A DNA stretch of 55,634 bases from the NCBI RefSeq assembly GCF_004010195.1, contig NC_057754.1, positions 12,307,356 to 12,362,989 on the forward strand. Reading direction: 5' to 3'. The notes below the pieces were generated by a model. That model did not search any database, was not told where the DNA came from, and was given only the letters and a program-made list of their open reading frames with translations. Source of the DNA: Chiloscyllium plagiosum (Eukaryota). This document shows positions 23,825 to 35,149 of the stretch, in pieces (the stretch's first letter is position 1; every line of letters starts with the position of its first letter). Both the position numbers and the translations under genes were made by a program.

Positions 23825-26800
23825 TTTTGTACCCGACCTTTGAACCCGCATTTTGAGTGCGAGCAGCAGCAGAGATAAGACGAACCCCGGAAGACGGCAG
23901 CTAAGGTAAGGCAGTTTTTTTTAAAATTACTTACCGGTAGCGGACTGCGGTGTTTTCCCTTTCACAGAAGGAGCGGGAGCAGCGGGGGAATTGACGAGGA
24001 CCAGAGGGGCAGCCGGGAACCTGAGATGTATACCGGAGATGAGAGTTGATGCAGATGAGGCAGTAGCAAGAGGTAGACCAGCTAGTGGGAAGGACTTTCC
24101 TGCAAGGAACCAAGGTATCAGTTAAAGTGTGTTTGCTTTAACGCAAGGAGTATCAGGAATAAAAGTGACAAACTTAGAACACGGATCAGTACCTGGTGCT
24201 ATGATTTTGTAGCCATAACAGAGACATGGGTTTCTCAGGGGCAGGAATTGTTGCTGGATGTTCCAGGGTTTAGAGCATTTATAAAGAATAGGGAGGGGGA
24301 AAGAGGAGGGGATGTAACATTACTAATCAGAGAGGGTATCACAGCTACAGAAGCTTCCATTGTCGAGGAAGATCTGCCTACCGAGTCAGTATGGGTGGAA
24401 ATTAGGAACAGCAAACATAGCTCAGCAGATTTTGGAAAAGTGTGGACTTAGTGGGGTTGTTGTAATGGGTGACTTTAACTTTCCCAATATTGATTGGAAC
24501 CTCCTTCGAGCAGAAGATTTGAATGGAGCTGTTTTTGTAAGGTGTGTTCAGGAGGGTTTCCAAACTCAGTACGTTGACAGGCCGACGAGGGGAGAGGTCA
24601 TTCTAGACTTGATGCTCGGCAATGAGCCGGGGCAGGTATCAGATCTTGTGGTGGGAGAGCATTTTGGTGATAGTGACCATAACTGCCTCACATTCTACAT
24701 GGAGAAGGAGAGGATTATGCAAATGGGAGGATATTTAATTGGAGAAGAGGAAATTATGGTGCGATTAGACATGAGTTAGGAAGCATGGATTGATACCATT
24801 TTTCCATGGTAAAGGCACTATAGACATGTGGAGACTGTTTAAGGAACAATTGTTGGAAGTGATGAATAAATACGTCCCACTGAGATAGAGAAGAAGTGGT
24901 AAGATAAATGAACCTTGGATGTTGAGAGCGGTGGAGTTTCTCGTCAAAAGGAAAAATGTTAGCTTACATAAGGTGGAGGAAGCTAGGGTCAAGCTCAGCT
25001 CTGCAGGAGTACAGGCAGGCAAGGAAGGAATTTTAAAATGGTCTGAGGAGAGCCAGGATCGGGCACGAGAAAGGCTTGGCAGAGCGAATTAGGGAGAACA
25101 CAAAGGCTTTTACACTTATGCGAGGAATAAGAGAATGGTCAAAGAAAGAGTAGGCCCGATCAGGGATAGCATAGGGAATTTATATGTGGAATCTGAGGAG
25201 GTAGGGGAATCCCTAAATGAGTTATTTGCTTCTGTCTTTACGAAAGAAACGAACGTTGTAGTGAATGAAACATTTGAAGAGCATGTCTGCATGCTGAAAT
25301 GGATAGAGATAGAGGAAGCTGATGTGCTGAAAATGTTGTCAAACATTAAGATTGACAAGTCGCCAGTCAGGCGCAGATTTGTCCTCGGCTGCTTTGGGAA
25401 ACGAGAAATGCAATTGCTTCGCCACTTGCGAAGATCTTTTCATCCTCGCTCTCCACAGGAGTCGTAACTGAGGACTGGAGAGAGACAAATGTAATTCCTC
25501 TCTTCAAGAAAGGAAATAGGGAAATCCACGGCAATTACAGACCAGTAAGTCTCACGTCTGTCGTCTGCAAGGTGTTAGAAAGGATTCTGAGGGATAGGAT
25601 TTATGACCATCTGGAAGAGCATGGCTTGATTAAATGCAGTCACCACGGCGTTGTGAGGGCCAGGTCATGCCTCACAAACCTTATCGAGTTCTTTGAGGAT
25701 GTGACTAGAAAGGTTGATGAGGGTCGAGCTATGGATGTGGTGTATATGGACTTTAGCAAGGCACTTAATATGGTTCCCCATGGTAGGCTCATTCAGAAGG
25801 CCAGGAGGAATGGGATTCAGGGGAACATAGCTGTCTGGATACAGAATTGGCTGGCCAACAGAAGACAGCGAGTGGTAGTAGAAGGAAAATATTCTGCCTG
25901 GAAGTCTGTGGTGAGTGGTGTTCCTCAGGGCTCTGTCCTTGGACCTCTATTGTTTATAATTTTTATTAATGACTTGGATGAGGGGATTGAAGGATGGGTC
26001 AGCAAGTTTGCAGATGACATATTGGCTGGAGGTGTCGTTGACAGTATAGAGGGCTGTTGTAGGCTGCAGCGCGACATTGACAGGATGCAGAGATGGGCTG
26101 AGAGGTGGCAGATGGAGTTCAACCTGGATAAATGCGAGGTGATGCATTTTGGAAGATCGAATTTGAAAGCTGACTCCAGGATTAAGGGTAGGATTCTTGG
26201 TAGTGTGGAGGAGCAGAAGGATCTTGGTGTGCAGGTACATAGATCCCTTAAAATGGCCACCCAAGTGGACAGGGTTGTTAAGAAAGCATATGATGTTTTG
26301 CCTTTCATTAACAGAGGTATTGAGTTTAAGAGTCATGAGACCTTGTTGCAGCCCTATAAAACTTTGGTTAGACCGCACTTGGAATACTGCGTCCAGTTCT
26401 GGTCGCCCTATTATAAGAAAGATGTGGATGCTTTGGAGCGGATTCAGAGAAGATTTACCAGGATGCTGCCTAGACTGGAGGGCTTATCTTATAAGGAGAG
26501 GTTGACTGAGCTCGGACTTTTTTCATTGGAGAAAAGGAGGAGAAGAGGGGACCTTATGGAGGTATACAAGGTAATGAGAGGCATAGATAGAGTCGATAGC
26601 CAGAGACTATTTCCCAGGGCAGAAATGACTAACACGAGGGGTCATAGTTTTAAGCTGGTTGGAGGAGAGTAGAGAGGGGATGTCAGAGGCGGGTACTTTA
26701 CACAGAGAGTTATGAGAGCATGGAATGCGTTGCCAGCAGCAGTTGTGGAGGCAGGGTCATTGGTGATATTTAAGAGACTCCTCGACATACATATGGTCAC

Positions 26801-26898
26801 AGAAATTTGAGGGTGCATACATGAGGATCAGTGGTCAGCACAGCATCGTGGGCTGAAGGGCCTGTTCTGTGCTGTACTGTTCTATGTTCTATGTTCTA
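23825..26898 (+). mobile_element. HER1/CR1 LINE with 5' UTR and frameshifted ORF2, ORF1 apparently absent; inserted in the leader of Gypsy copy 2
   Basis: GC-rich 5' end; endonuclease LKCVCFNARSIRNK at about 24122 and GDFNFPNIDW; RT ORF; (TTCTATG)n tail. The flanks rejoin to match the copy-1 leader (5070-5200). Confidence 0.92.
25572..26672 (+). CDS. CR1 LINE ORF2 reverse transcriptase domain (open segment of a disrupted ORF2)
   Basis: 366 aa with YMDFSKA, GVPQGSVLGPLLF, FADD and VRPHLEYCVQFWSP. Confidence 0.9.
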   Translation: MLERILRDRIYDHLEEHGLIKCSHHGVVRARSCLTNLIEFFEDVTRKVDEGRAMDVVYMDFSKALNMVPHGRLIQKARRNGIQGNIAVWIQNWLANRRQRVVVEGKYSAWKSVVSGVPQGSVLGPLLFIIFINDLDEGIEGWVSKFADDILAGGVVDSIEGCCRLQRDIDRMQRWAERWQMEFNLDKCEVMHFGRSNLKADSRIKGRILGSVEEQKDLGVQVHRSLKMATQVDRVVKKAYDVLPFINRGIEFKSHETLLQPYKTLVRPHLEYCVQFWSPYYKKDVDALERIQRRFTRMLPRLEGLSYKERLTELGLFSLEKRRRRGDLMEVYKVMRGIDRVDSQRLFPRAEMTNTRGHSFKLVGGE

Positions 26899-26974
26899 AC
26901 TCTATTCAAATCTGGCCATATTTCAGAACGGATCTGTTTAAACCTGTCCAAAGCACGTATCTATGCGTGAAAAC

Positions 26975-27165
26975 TGCCACCACACGGGGTAAACCCCTCT
27001 GCTAATTTAAAATAGACACACAGAAAAGCTCACCTCGCCTTGAAATCAGTAAAAGTATGAGTGTCAAAGATCTAGAAAGTCCCACCCTTTAAAGGAAATA
27101 ATTAACAATCTATTATTTAAAGCCAATAAATAAAGAGAAGATTCTACTATTACTGTCAACACTGT
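26975..27165 (-). repeat. Truncated 5' LTR of Gypsy copy 2
   Basis: ctctgctaatttaaaatagacacacagaaaagctcacctcgcc matches 17890-17935 and 5238-5281. Confidence 0.75.
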
Positions 27166-28629
27166 CAGCCTCCTTTATCTGATTGATTTATCTGCCACCC
27201 ACTCTGCAGAAGTGGGAGATCAATCACTCCCTCCATTTCCTGCTTCATTCTCTCAGCCTCTATCACATTGACAGCCAACTCAATGACAAAGATGTATACA
27301 GTGACACATTTCCAAAAATCACAGTGACTAACACACACACACAAGGGTCTCCCACCAGCACACTGCACATACTCCTCAGGGAACACAGCAATGATTTAAC
27401 CGAATAATGTTTGTTTTCAGCCCCATTCACACCAAAGTCAGGTAAACGAATAGTGAAGTGATAAATTAAAACACAGCAAACCAAACCGAACCAAAACAAA
27501 ACTGAAGGAAGAATCGTGGCCATTGACCGGGGCCTGTTTCTAGGAAGACATTTTAGAGTCTTGCAGTTTAAGTTGCTGATGTGGAAACCTCATGTTTGAG
27601 GCTAGAGCCCGACACTGATCAACAATGAAACCTTCTAACCAGAATATAGCTCCGCCCGCTGTCTTCCCTTTTAACTTTCATTCACTACCTGTGGATGGGA
27701 GTGACCAACACTTCATTCTGGCCATCATTCATGGCACACATGCTCACAACCCACATTAGCTACATGCATGCTCCAATGCTGCCTGCCAGATTGGTGAAGT
27801 TATACAGCAGTGAGCAAGAAATGGGTGGGGCTGTTGGACCGAGCTGAAGCTGCTGGTCCTCCAATGAGAAAGAATGAGGAGTGGGCAAGGACCCTGATCA
27901 ATGAAGAAATGGGGGTGGGAGGGGCTACAGCCCTACCCTCTATGACAGTGAGTGACGGGCACAGCTCGTGGCAGGCTCACTGGAGACAGAACATTTTTTA
28001 GATGGAGGATTTAAATACAGGCTACAAGTGAAAGGGAGATGTGGGCAAGGTCCCCACACACAGCGGCATCTTCAGCACAATGCACCATAATAAATAATCT
28101 CAGTTACAGAGGTTAAAAAATAAAATAAAAGTTGAAAAGGCCATCACTGCAGTTTTCTGAGTAAAAATGTTAAAAAGTTAAACATTTCAGTCCCTTCATA
28201 AGCCATGGACCTGCAGACACTCTAAGCTGGGCTTTCCTCAAGAGGGCTTGCTCTTCCCTGCCCTAAGCATGCTTGCCCAAACTGATCTAAGACCCACCCG
28301 TTTTCCACAATCTGTCCTCAGCGCTGACGGCTGCTGCTGACCTTCATCGGGCACACATACGTCACCACTGTAATCATTCTTCACTGTGACATTACCCTCC
28401 AGGCCCACGCTGGGCCCATTTTGTGGTTTTGCTCCATTGCCTTGCCAGCCATCTGGCAGCAGAATCCAGCTACAGACATTGATGAAGCTGTGATGCTGCC
28501 GAAGAGACCAGCCAACTTTCTGCAGAGAAATGCAGATTCTAAAATTCCTCTGACCCAGGCAGACACAGGGAGAATGTACGAACTCCAAAAAGATAGTCAC
28601 CCGAGGCTGGAATTGATTATGGTGACTGC

Positions 28630-29645
28630 GCCATAAGAATGCTCACCACAGACCATCATGCCATCCATTGTAACCCTCCTTTGGACCACTCCAAAACTAG
28701 CATATCTTCCTTAGGTCCGGCGCCTGAAACTCCTCACAATCCAACAAATGCGGCGAACGTGGTTACTGCAGATGCTGCAGATTAGAATCAAGATTGGACT
28801 AGTGCTGGAAAGGCACAGCAGGTCAGGCAGCACCCGAGGAGCAGAAAAATCGACGTTTCAGGCAAAAGTCCTTCATTAGGAATGAGCACCTGAAACTGCT
28901 CTAAATATTCCAAATGCGTTCTGTCCAGAGCAATTGAAACCCTCAGTAGTACATCTCTGCTCTTGTTTTCTAGCTCTGTTGACATGAATGCCTACATTGC
29001 ATTTAAAATCCTGGCCACCACCTGAACCTGCACCTTAACCATAAGACAATCTTGAACGAGAGACCCCAAGTGTCTTTGGGGAATAGTCTATCCCTCTACT
29101 CTTCTGACCAAAATGTATGGCCACTTCTTTCCCGCACAGTATTTCACCTAACACTTTTTAAATCAATTTACCAGCTGGTCCAAGTCTTTCTGCGGCTCTC
29201 CCATTTTCTCAGTACGACCTTTCCCTGCACCTATAATTGTGAGGTCTGCAGACGTAGTAACAATGCCCTCAATTCCTTCGACCAGATCATTCAAGCATGG
29301 CATGAATAGTTGTGATCCCAACACTGACTGTGGCTGAACTCCAATAGTCACCGGCTGCCATCCATAAGAAGAACACTTTATTCCGACTCTCAGCCATCTG
29401 CCAGTCAGCCAATCTTCAATACAGGCCAGTACCCTGCCCCAAACACCATGAACTTTCGTTTAGCACCTTCCCGTACAGTACCTTATCGAATGTCTTCTGG
29501 AAATCCAAACCGATCACATCCACCATTTCTCCTTTGTCTAACTTGCACACTACCTCCTCAAAGAATTCTAACAGATTTGTAATGCATGAATTCCGCTTGA
29601 TGAAGCTGGGCTGACTCTTCAAATACACCGTGATCACATCCTTAC
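28630..29645 (-). mobile_element. Old CR1 LINE RT fragment
   Basis: SCITNLLEFFEEV...DFQKTFDKV (29416-29637); GVQPQSVLG (29163-29351). Confidence 0.75.
28753..28885 (-). mobile_element. Penelope-like terminal repeat fragment with a degenerate hammerhead motif
   Basis: Homologous to the left arm of 48648-48872; minus strand CTAATGA-AGGACTTTTGCCT-GAAACGTC; flanked by an imperfect ~33-bp direct repeat. Confidence 0.65.
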
Positions 29646-29819
29646 AATGACCTGCCAGACTGTGCTTAACACAAAGCCGATTTATTTGACTTTAATCTAG
29701 AATACTTAAACTTTGCTTTCAGTCCTGAGTGTAATTACCAAGAAATTCCAATCGCTTTTGATATGTGTACTTTCGTGTTCTCACAGCAGGGTCAATGAGT
29801 GGGCTAACGATTTTTCTCA

Positions 29820-31175
29820 CATGGAGAAGGTGAATGTTGTCTCCCCTCTGCATACTGAGAGGTGAGACGATCGTTCGACCCCAGTCTCAAAATGAGCGTT
29901 ACTGAAAGCTCTCCCATCATGTGAATATGTTGATGATACATCAGTTCCAGAGAACATCGATGTGACTTCCCACAGAGTAGGCATTTGAAAGATTTCTTCT
30001 CACGCTGATTGTAAAATACTCCTCATTTAAAAGGTGTCTCCTCAGTTTGAATGTGTTGATGGAAGTTCAGTTCCACAGAATTCCTAAAGTACTTCCCAGA
30101 GTCTGAGCATTTGAAGAGTGTTTCCACCGTGTGAACACATTGATGGGACTTCAGTTCCACAGAATTCCTAAATCACTATCAACAAGCTGAATACATGAAA
30201 GGTCTCTACTCAGTGTGAACATGTTGAAAACATATGAGTCCCCAGAAACTTGTGTAGTACTTGACACATTCCGGGCATTTGAAAGAGCTCTCTGCAGTGT
30301 GAACTTGCTGGTGTCTCAGCAGCTGGTCGACGGAGCGAATTCCCTCCCTCAATCGGAGCAGCTAAATAGTCTTTTCTGCGTGTGAACCTGCTGGTGCGTC
30401 ATGAGGTCAGATGATTGCCTACACCCAGTCACAGAGAGAGAGAGCACCTGAACGCTCTCTCCTCAGAGTGAATAAGATGGTGGGATATCAGGTCCCTTAA
30501 CGTTTTGTAGCATTCCAAGCAGGCTGGGCATTTAAGAGTTGTCTCATTAGCGAGAGCAAGTTGAAAGGACAACGGGTCCCTGCAAATTTTATAACACGTT
30601 CCACAGTTGGGCATTTAAAAGGTGCCTTCTCCGTGTGAGCACTTTAATGGACATCGGTTCCCTAGATCTTTTATAGTATTTTCTGCAGTCCGGGCATTTA
30701 AAAGTGTCTCATTAGTATGAGCGTGTTGATGGAACGTCAAGTGCCAGAGGATTTAAAAAAGTTCCTATCGTCTCAGCATTGAAGTGGTCTCTCCTCAGTC
30801 TGAACAAACTGGTGTTGCAACAGGTTAGATGACTGAGTGAATGCCTTCCGAAATACGGAGCAGGTGAATGGACTGCCACGTGTGCCAATGCATCAATGAG
30901 CATCCAGCTCAAATGGGCAAATGAATTCTTCTCCATAATCCTTACATTTCCAGAGTTTGTCCCGAGTTGACAGCATTTATGATTTGTAATCTCTGATGAT
31001 TGGTGAAACCTTGCCCACAAACACAACACGTGTATGATTTCTCTCTCACAGTGAACGGGGCTTTTTTTTTCCCTTCCGTGTTCAAAGGTTGATTACAGTT
31101 CATTTAGAATAAAATGGGCGACTCCATCAAATCGTGGAGTTATGTTTGGTTTGTAAATATTCTTCTTTTGATATC
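29820..31175 (-). pseudogene. Multi-finger C2H2 zinc-finger pseudogene exon (about 14-16 degenerate fingers)
   Basis: About 84-bp periodic F-K-C-x2-C-G-K...H-Q-x-V-H-T-x-E-R-P units; ORF 30429-30614 CPACLECYKTLRDLISHHLIHSEERAFRC; splice acceptor ttttgacaataatttaacag| at 31176; stops and frameshifts. Confidence 0.85.
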
Positions 31176-31224
31176 CTGTTAAATTATTGTCAAAAGAAAA
31201 CAAGAACATGAAAGAGCGTCTCAT

Positions 31225-31792
31225 TATTATGATGTTGAAGGCACCTACTGTAGATTTAGGAGAAAGAGAATGCTGTTCTGAACTGATTGCTAGCATTTGT
31301 GTATACGATTAAATGGCCATTCCAGAGTGCACTGGGAAATTAAAAATGACTAACATTTGGCAGTGAAGTGGATGCCTGTGTTTTGATTGTTAGATTGTCG
31401 ACAATTCGATTTTAACCAATCAGTTCAAATTGTGCCCAAAGACACGAAAAGCAAATCGAGTTTGAATTCATTGTTTTGCCAGAAGACACAGAACAAGGCA
31501 GAGACTGTGTGGTTTGCAATTAAGTAGATGAACTTCTAACAAATATCGTATTGGAACAGCATATTGTTATAGATTTGGAGTCAGAAAGTGAGCAGTTAAG
31601 AGAAAGAGAGGATAGGTTTGGGTTTTTTGGGGGAGTTAATTTTCACTTTAGAACATAAAATGATGTAATTTTCTTTAAATAGAAAATTTGGGAGTTTTCA
31701 TTTACACATATTTGCATAGTTTACGAGCCGAGGCGAGATTTTCTAGGTAAAATATTTAATTAACAGAAAAGGTTGGCCTTCATATTGTAACA
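31225..31792 (+). repeat. Solo LTR of the Gmr1-like family
   Basis: Reverse-complement homologue of 5217-5925; begins tattatgatgttgaagg and ends tgtaaca. Confidence 0.75.
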
Positions 31793-32589
31793 TGAGACAA
31801 GACTCTGGTTTCTACGTGAATATGGACTGACGTTGAGGGATATTAGACCAGAACTGTGCCAGAACCCAATATGAACTCCACTACCTCGCGACTGATTCCA
31901 TCACTCTCTCTCGCAGCTCAGTCTGAAACAAGCACATCATTACCATGGCAAAATATTTCACACCGAGATGAGTTTTCAACGATGTATTCCCATCGTCGCC
32001 AATATTGCCCACTTCCAGATCAACAGCACTACCCCACTCCTCCTCGTCTCTGCTCATTTGCAGAAGAAACTCTCATTAATTTATTTTTTACTGCTGGACT
32101 TTACTATCCTTAAACACTTCCTAAATTTCTCTCACATTCCCCTCTCTGCTGTTATGTTACTTCCTCTGCCTGTATTAATTGAGCTTGTTTAGTGTTTTAT
32201 TGTTCCTTCCATTGCTTGTATCTGAATAAGTCTTTTCCCACTGCACAGAAGCCCAAACGAGTGCTGCTGCCTTGGCAGCTTTATCTTCCCACATGAGCTC
32301 TCAAAGTACTGGATGGAACGAGTTACTGGTTTTTACCCCAGTGATGTGCTGCTAAGGCCATCCTACACCCTGTTCCCCGTGTCAGTGTTCACACCACGTC
32401 TTGTTAGCCTTCCACCCCATGCTTGCACATTTAAATTGTTAATCTTTCACTCGTGTATTCAAATCTTTTTATCGTGTGCTCTCTATCTATTTCCATAATG
32501 TCTTCCAGCTCTTCTAAGGGAAACTCATGCTGGTCAATCCATGCTTGACCAGCCAGTAACCCCCACAACCAAAGGACGATTTTTTAAAA

Positions 32590-32785
32590 AAGTCCTAAAA
32601 AGCAGAAGATGCGGAGGCTTGAACACACGTAGCAACATGTGCAAGAACAACATCTTCCCTGTCGTTATTAGACTCATAGATGGACTCTCTCATTTCAAAT
32701 AATGTTGATCTTGCTTTGCACACCTCTGGTGCAGTTGTAACTTACATGACTTGCTGTAAGCACTCTATGATCTGTATGTCCTTGT
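32590..32785 (+). mobile_element. Rex1-like LINE 3' end
   Basis: TRSNMCKNNIFPVVIRL resembles the Rex1 C-terminal RTNRFKNSFFPAVIRL motif. Confidence 0.5.
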
Positions 32786-32787
32786 TG

Positions 32788-33095
32788 ATTAGATTAGATT
32801 CCCTACAGTAAGGAAACAGACCTTTCTGACCAACAAGTCCTCAATGTGTAACCCACTCAGATTCAGTCCCCCATTTTATATTTACCTTTGACGAACGCAG
32901 CTAACAGCATGGGCAATTTTTCCATGGCCAATTAACACGACCTGCATATCTTTAGGTTGTGGGATGAAACCAGGGCACCCAGGGAAAACCGACACGGACA
33001 CAGTGAGAATGTGCAAACTCCACACAAACAGTTGCCCGATGCGGGAATCGAACCTGGATCCCTGGCGCTGTGAGGCCACAGTGCTAACCACTGAG
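32788..33095 (-). mobile_element. HE1-type SINE
   Basis: Reverse-strand head gtggttagcactgtggcctcacagcgccagggatccaggttcgattccc; tail tagattagattccc. Confidence 0.88.
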
Positions 33096-34109
33096 TTTGC
33101 TGTGATCTGACTGTACTGCTCGTACAAAAAAAAACTTCCACTATACTTAGGTCCTTGAGAGGACAACAAAACAAATTAAATCAGATATCTGCATTACCTA
33201 TAATTCCAAACTCTTGAGCATTCTGAATTTTAACTGCTCCATATTTGGTTCCCTCAACTTTCAGTTGCCAAGGCCATAAATTTTGAAATTTCTTCAGTAA
33301 TCCACTCTCTCACGAGACGTCAGTTTTGAATTTGAAAATATTCCTTGAAAATTGCATATTTGATCTTAAAGAATTTTGTCACCTCCCTAGTATTTCTCTG
33401 TTTGACTGGGCTCAAAAGATGCTTTACAACACTCTCGGGGAACAGCTTGGAAGTGTACATTATGTGAAAGGCACGTCGATTTGGAAACATATCTCATCAT
33501 TACTTGTTGAACTACTCCTGACTATATAGCATTGTGGGATCTACTAAGAGACAATAATTGACACCAGCAAATGCTCAGGAAATATTCAGCAGTAAAATCC
33601 TCATTCAGCGAGGCAATGGAAGTAACAATAAAATATCTAACACAGTTGCACTCATTATTGGAAACACAGGCAATTAGATAATGACAGGATATTGATCAGG
33701 GAGAGCAGAGATTAAACATTACAATGGATGGACATTAATTCACATCCAAAGTAAAGGGATCACACCAGTCCCAGAGCCATGTCAGGCTCTCACAGATAAC
33801 TGAGGACAGCACTGGAAGTTGAATCATGTAGGTACTGGTTAGAAATACTGAAATAATTGCGTTATTTTCAACTTTAAAATAAAATGCAGTTCGAAAGATA
33901 TCAGAAGCACTGGGCTAAAGGGACATTCTCTCAGTTGAGGGAGTTCCCAAGAATCACGGTGCTTTGACTGAGAAATTGCCTGTGTATGATAACATCACCC
34001 ACATGATAATAGACAAATTGGGTGTGCGCAAATGTGTGGTCACCATGAAGAATGTGGCTGTCTATGGAGAGATTTAAAAGGTCATTTATCGCAATGGTTG
34101 AAGAAACGA

Positions 34110-34404
34110 TGGATATCAGTGATTAGCACGACTGTCTCACAGCACCAGCGGCCCAAGTTTGATTCCAGCTTTGGGCGACTGTCTGTGTGGAGTTTCCATG
34201 TTCTCCTGTGTCTGCATGGGTTTATTCCGAGTGCTCAGGTTTCCTCTCACAGTCCAAACATTTGCAAGTTAAGTGGACTGGCAAATTCCCCATAGTGTTC
34301 AGAGACATGTGGGATAGGTCAGCTAGCCATGGGAAATGCAGGGTGACAGGGAGAGGGTAGGGGAATGAGGATGAATCTGGCTTGGATACAATTTGGAGGG
34401 TTAG
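34110..34404 (+). mobile_element. HE1-related SINE, 3'-truncated at the ERV LTR
   Basis: gattagcacgactgtctcacagcaccag...tgtgtggagttt...; the tail is missing at the LTR junction. Confidence 0.75.
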
Positions 34405-35003
34405 TGTCGGAGAAATTTGCCCAATAGGTTAGAGATCTCAAAACACAGCTCGAGGTGAAATTGGCAAACAGTTTATTGCAAGTGATATCACTGGAGGAGA
34501 AAACAGACTAGCTGACACAGAACTGACAATCTGCACAGAGAATTTGATTTCTCCTCCCAGAGCTGAGGATGAGACCAGTTTTATAGTAATGCTACATAAT
34601 GACACTGACTAAGAAATGGGAGAATACACTGTTTCTGAAAATGGAGTAATTTCGTTCCATGTGTGCTAATTGGAAAACAGTTTATCAGATGAATGTTATG
34701 TTCCTTCACACAATGCAACATTCTGACAGTATCATGGTTCCATTCATCTTCCCAGGTAGGGGTTAACTGCTTTTCTGGAGTGGTGAGGTGCTTCCATTGG
34801 CCTGTGGTGCCTATCTATCTGTCCTAATCTTTGTGTGGCATTGCTGCTGCTGGGTTGTGGATATGCTCTGAGGGCCTTGAGCCTCTGTCATGTCCATGGG
34901 AGTTTGAAAGCGTATTCTATTGTCTGCGTATCGTCTGACCCAGTTCATGAGCTGGTACAATTTGGCCAAATTGCTTTTGTGGGTTAGCACATCTTTTCCA
35001 ACA
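34405..35003 (-). repeat. ERV 3' LTR (599 bp)
   Basis: Inverted termini TGTTGGA...TCCGACA on minus; TATAAAA at 34579-34585; AATAAA at 34472-34477; preceded by a PPT. Confidence 0.88.
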
Positions 35004-35020
35004 ATTCCCCTTTTTTTTGC
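35004..35020 (-). promoter_or_regulatory. Polypurine tract of the ERV
   Basis: GCAAAAAAAAGGGGAAT directly before the LTR TG. Confidence 0.85.
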
Positions 35021-35149
35021 TTAGGGGAGGGACGAGAAGAGGTCAATGTAGCCAGAACCAGGAGGATTATCGAGTGGAGGGGGGTCTCCATATCGGACAG
35101 GTTGCTCTCAATGTCAGAGTCAGGCCCAGCAGAGGCTATCCCGGCGCAG

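Larger units (their letters stand above)
17870..27165 (-). mobile_element. Gmr1-like Ty3/Gypsy LTR retrotransposon, copy 2 (near complete, with nested LINE and SINEs)
   Basis: 5' LTR remnant 26975-27165; leader split by LINE 23825-26898; gag 22270-23703; PR about 21800-22060; IN 20270-21370; RT/RH 18700-20130; PPT; 3' LTR 17870-18559. Confidence 0.9.
31900..33490 (+). mobile_element. L2-type LINE 3' fragments, split by other repeats
   Basis: AEETLINLFFTAGLYY resembles the L2 AETLIHAFVTSRLDY motif; L2-like 3' region resumes after 33180. Confidence 0.45.

Noticed and set aside
25572..26672. Longest ORF (366 aa) as an active or domesticated gene
   Set aside because: It is the RT part of a CR1 ORF2 whose upstream portion has frameshifts and a deletion.
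27170..28620. GC-richer stretch with several short ORFs
   Set aside because: No recognisable protein motif; probably decayed non-coding repeats that I cannot assign.
31219..31798. gtctca / tgagac flanking the solo LTR as a TSD
   Set aside because: The match is inverted rather than direct, so it is not a target-site duplication; likely chance.
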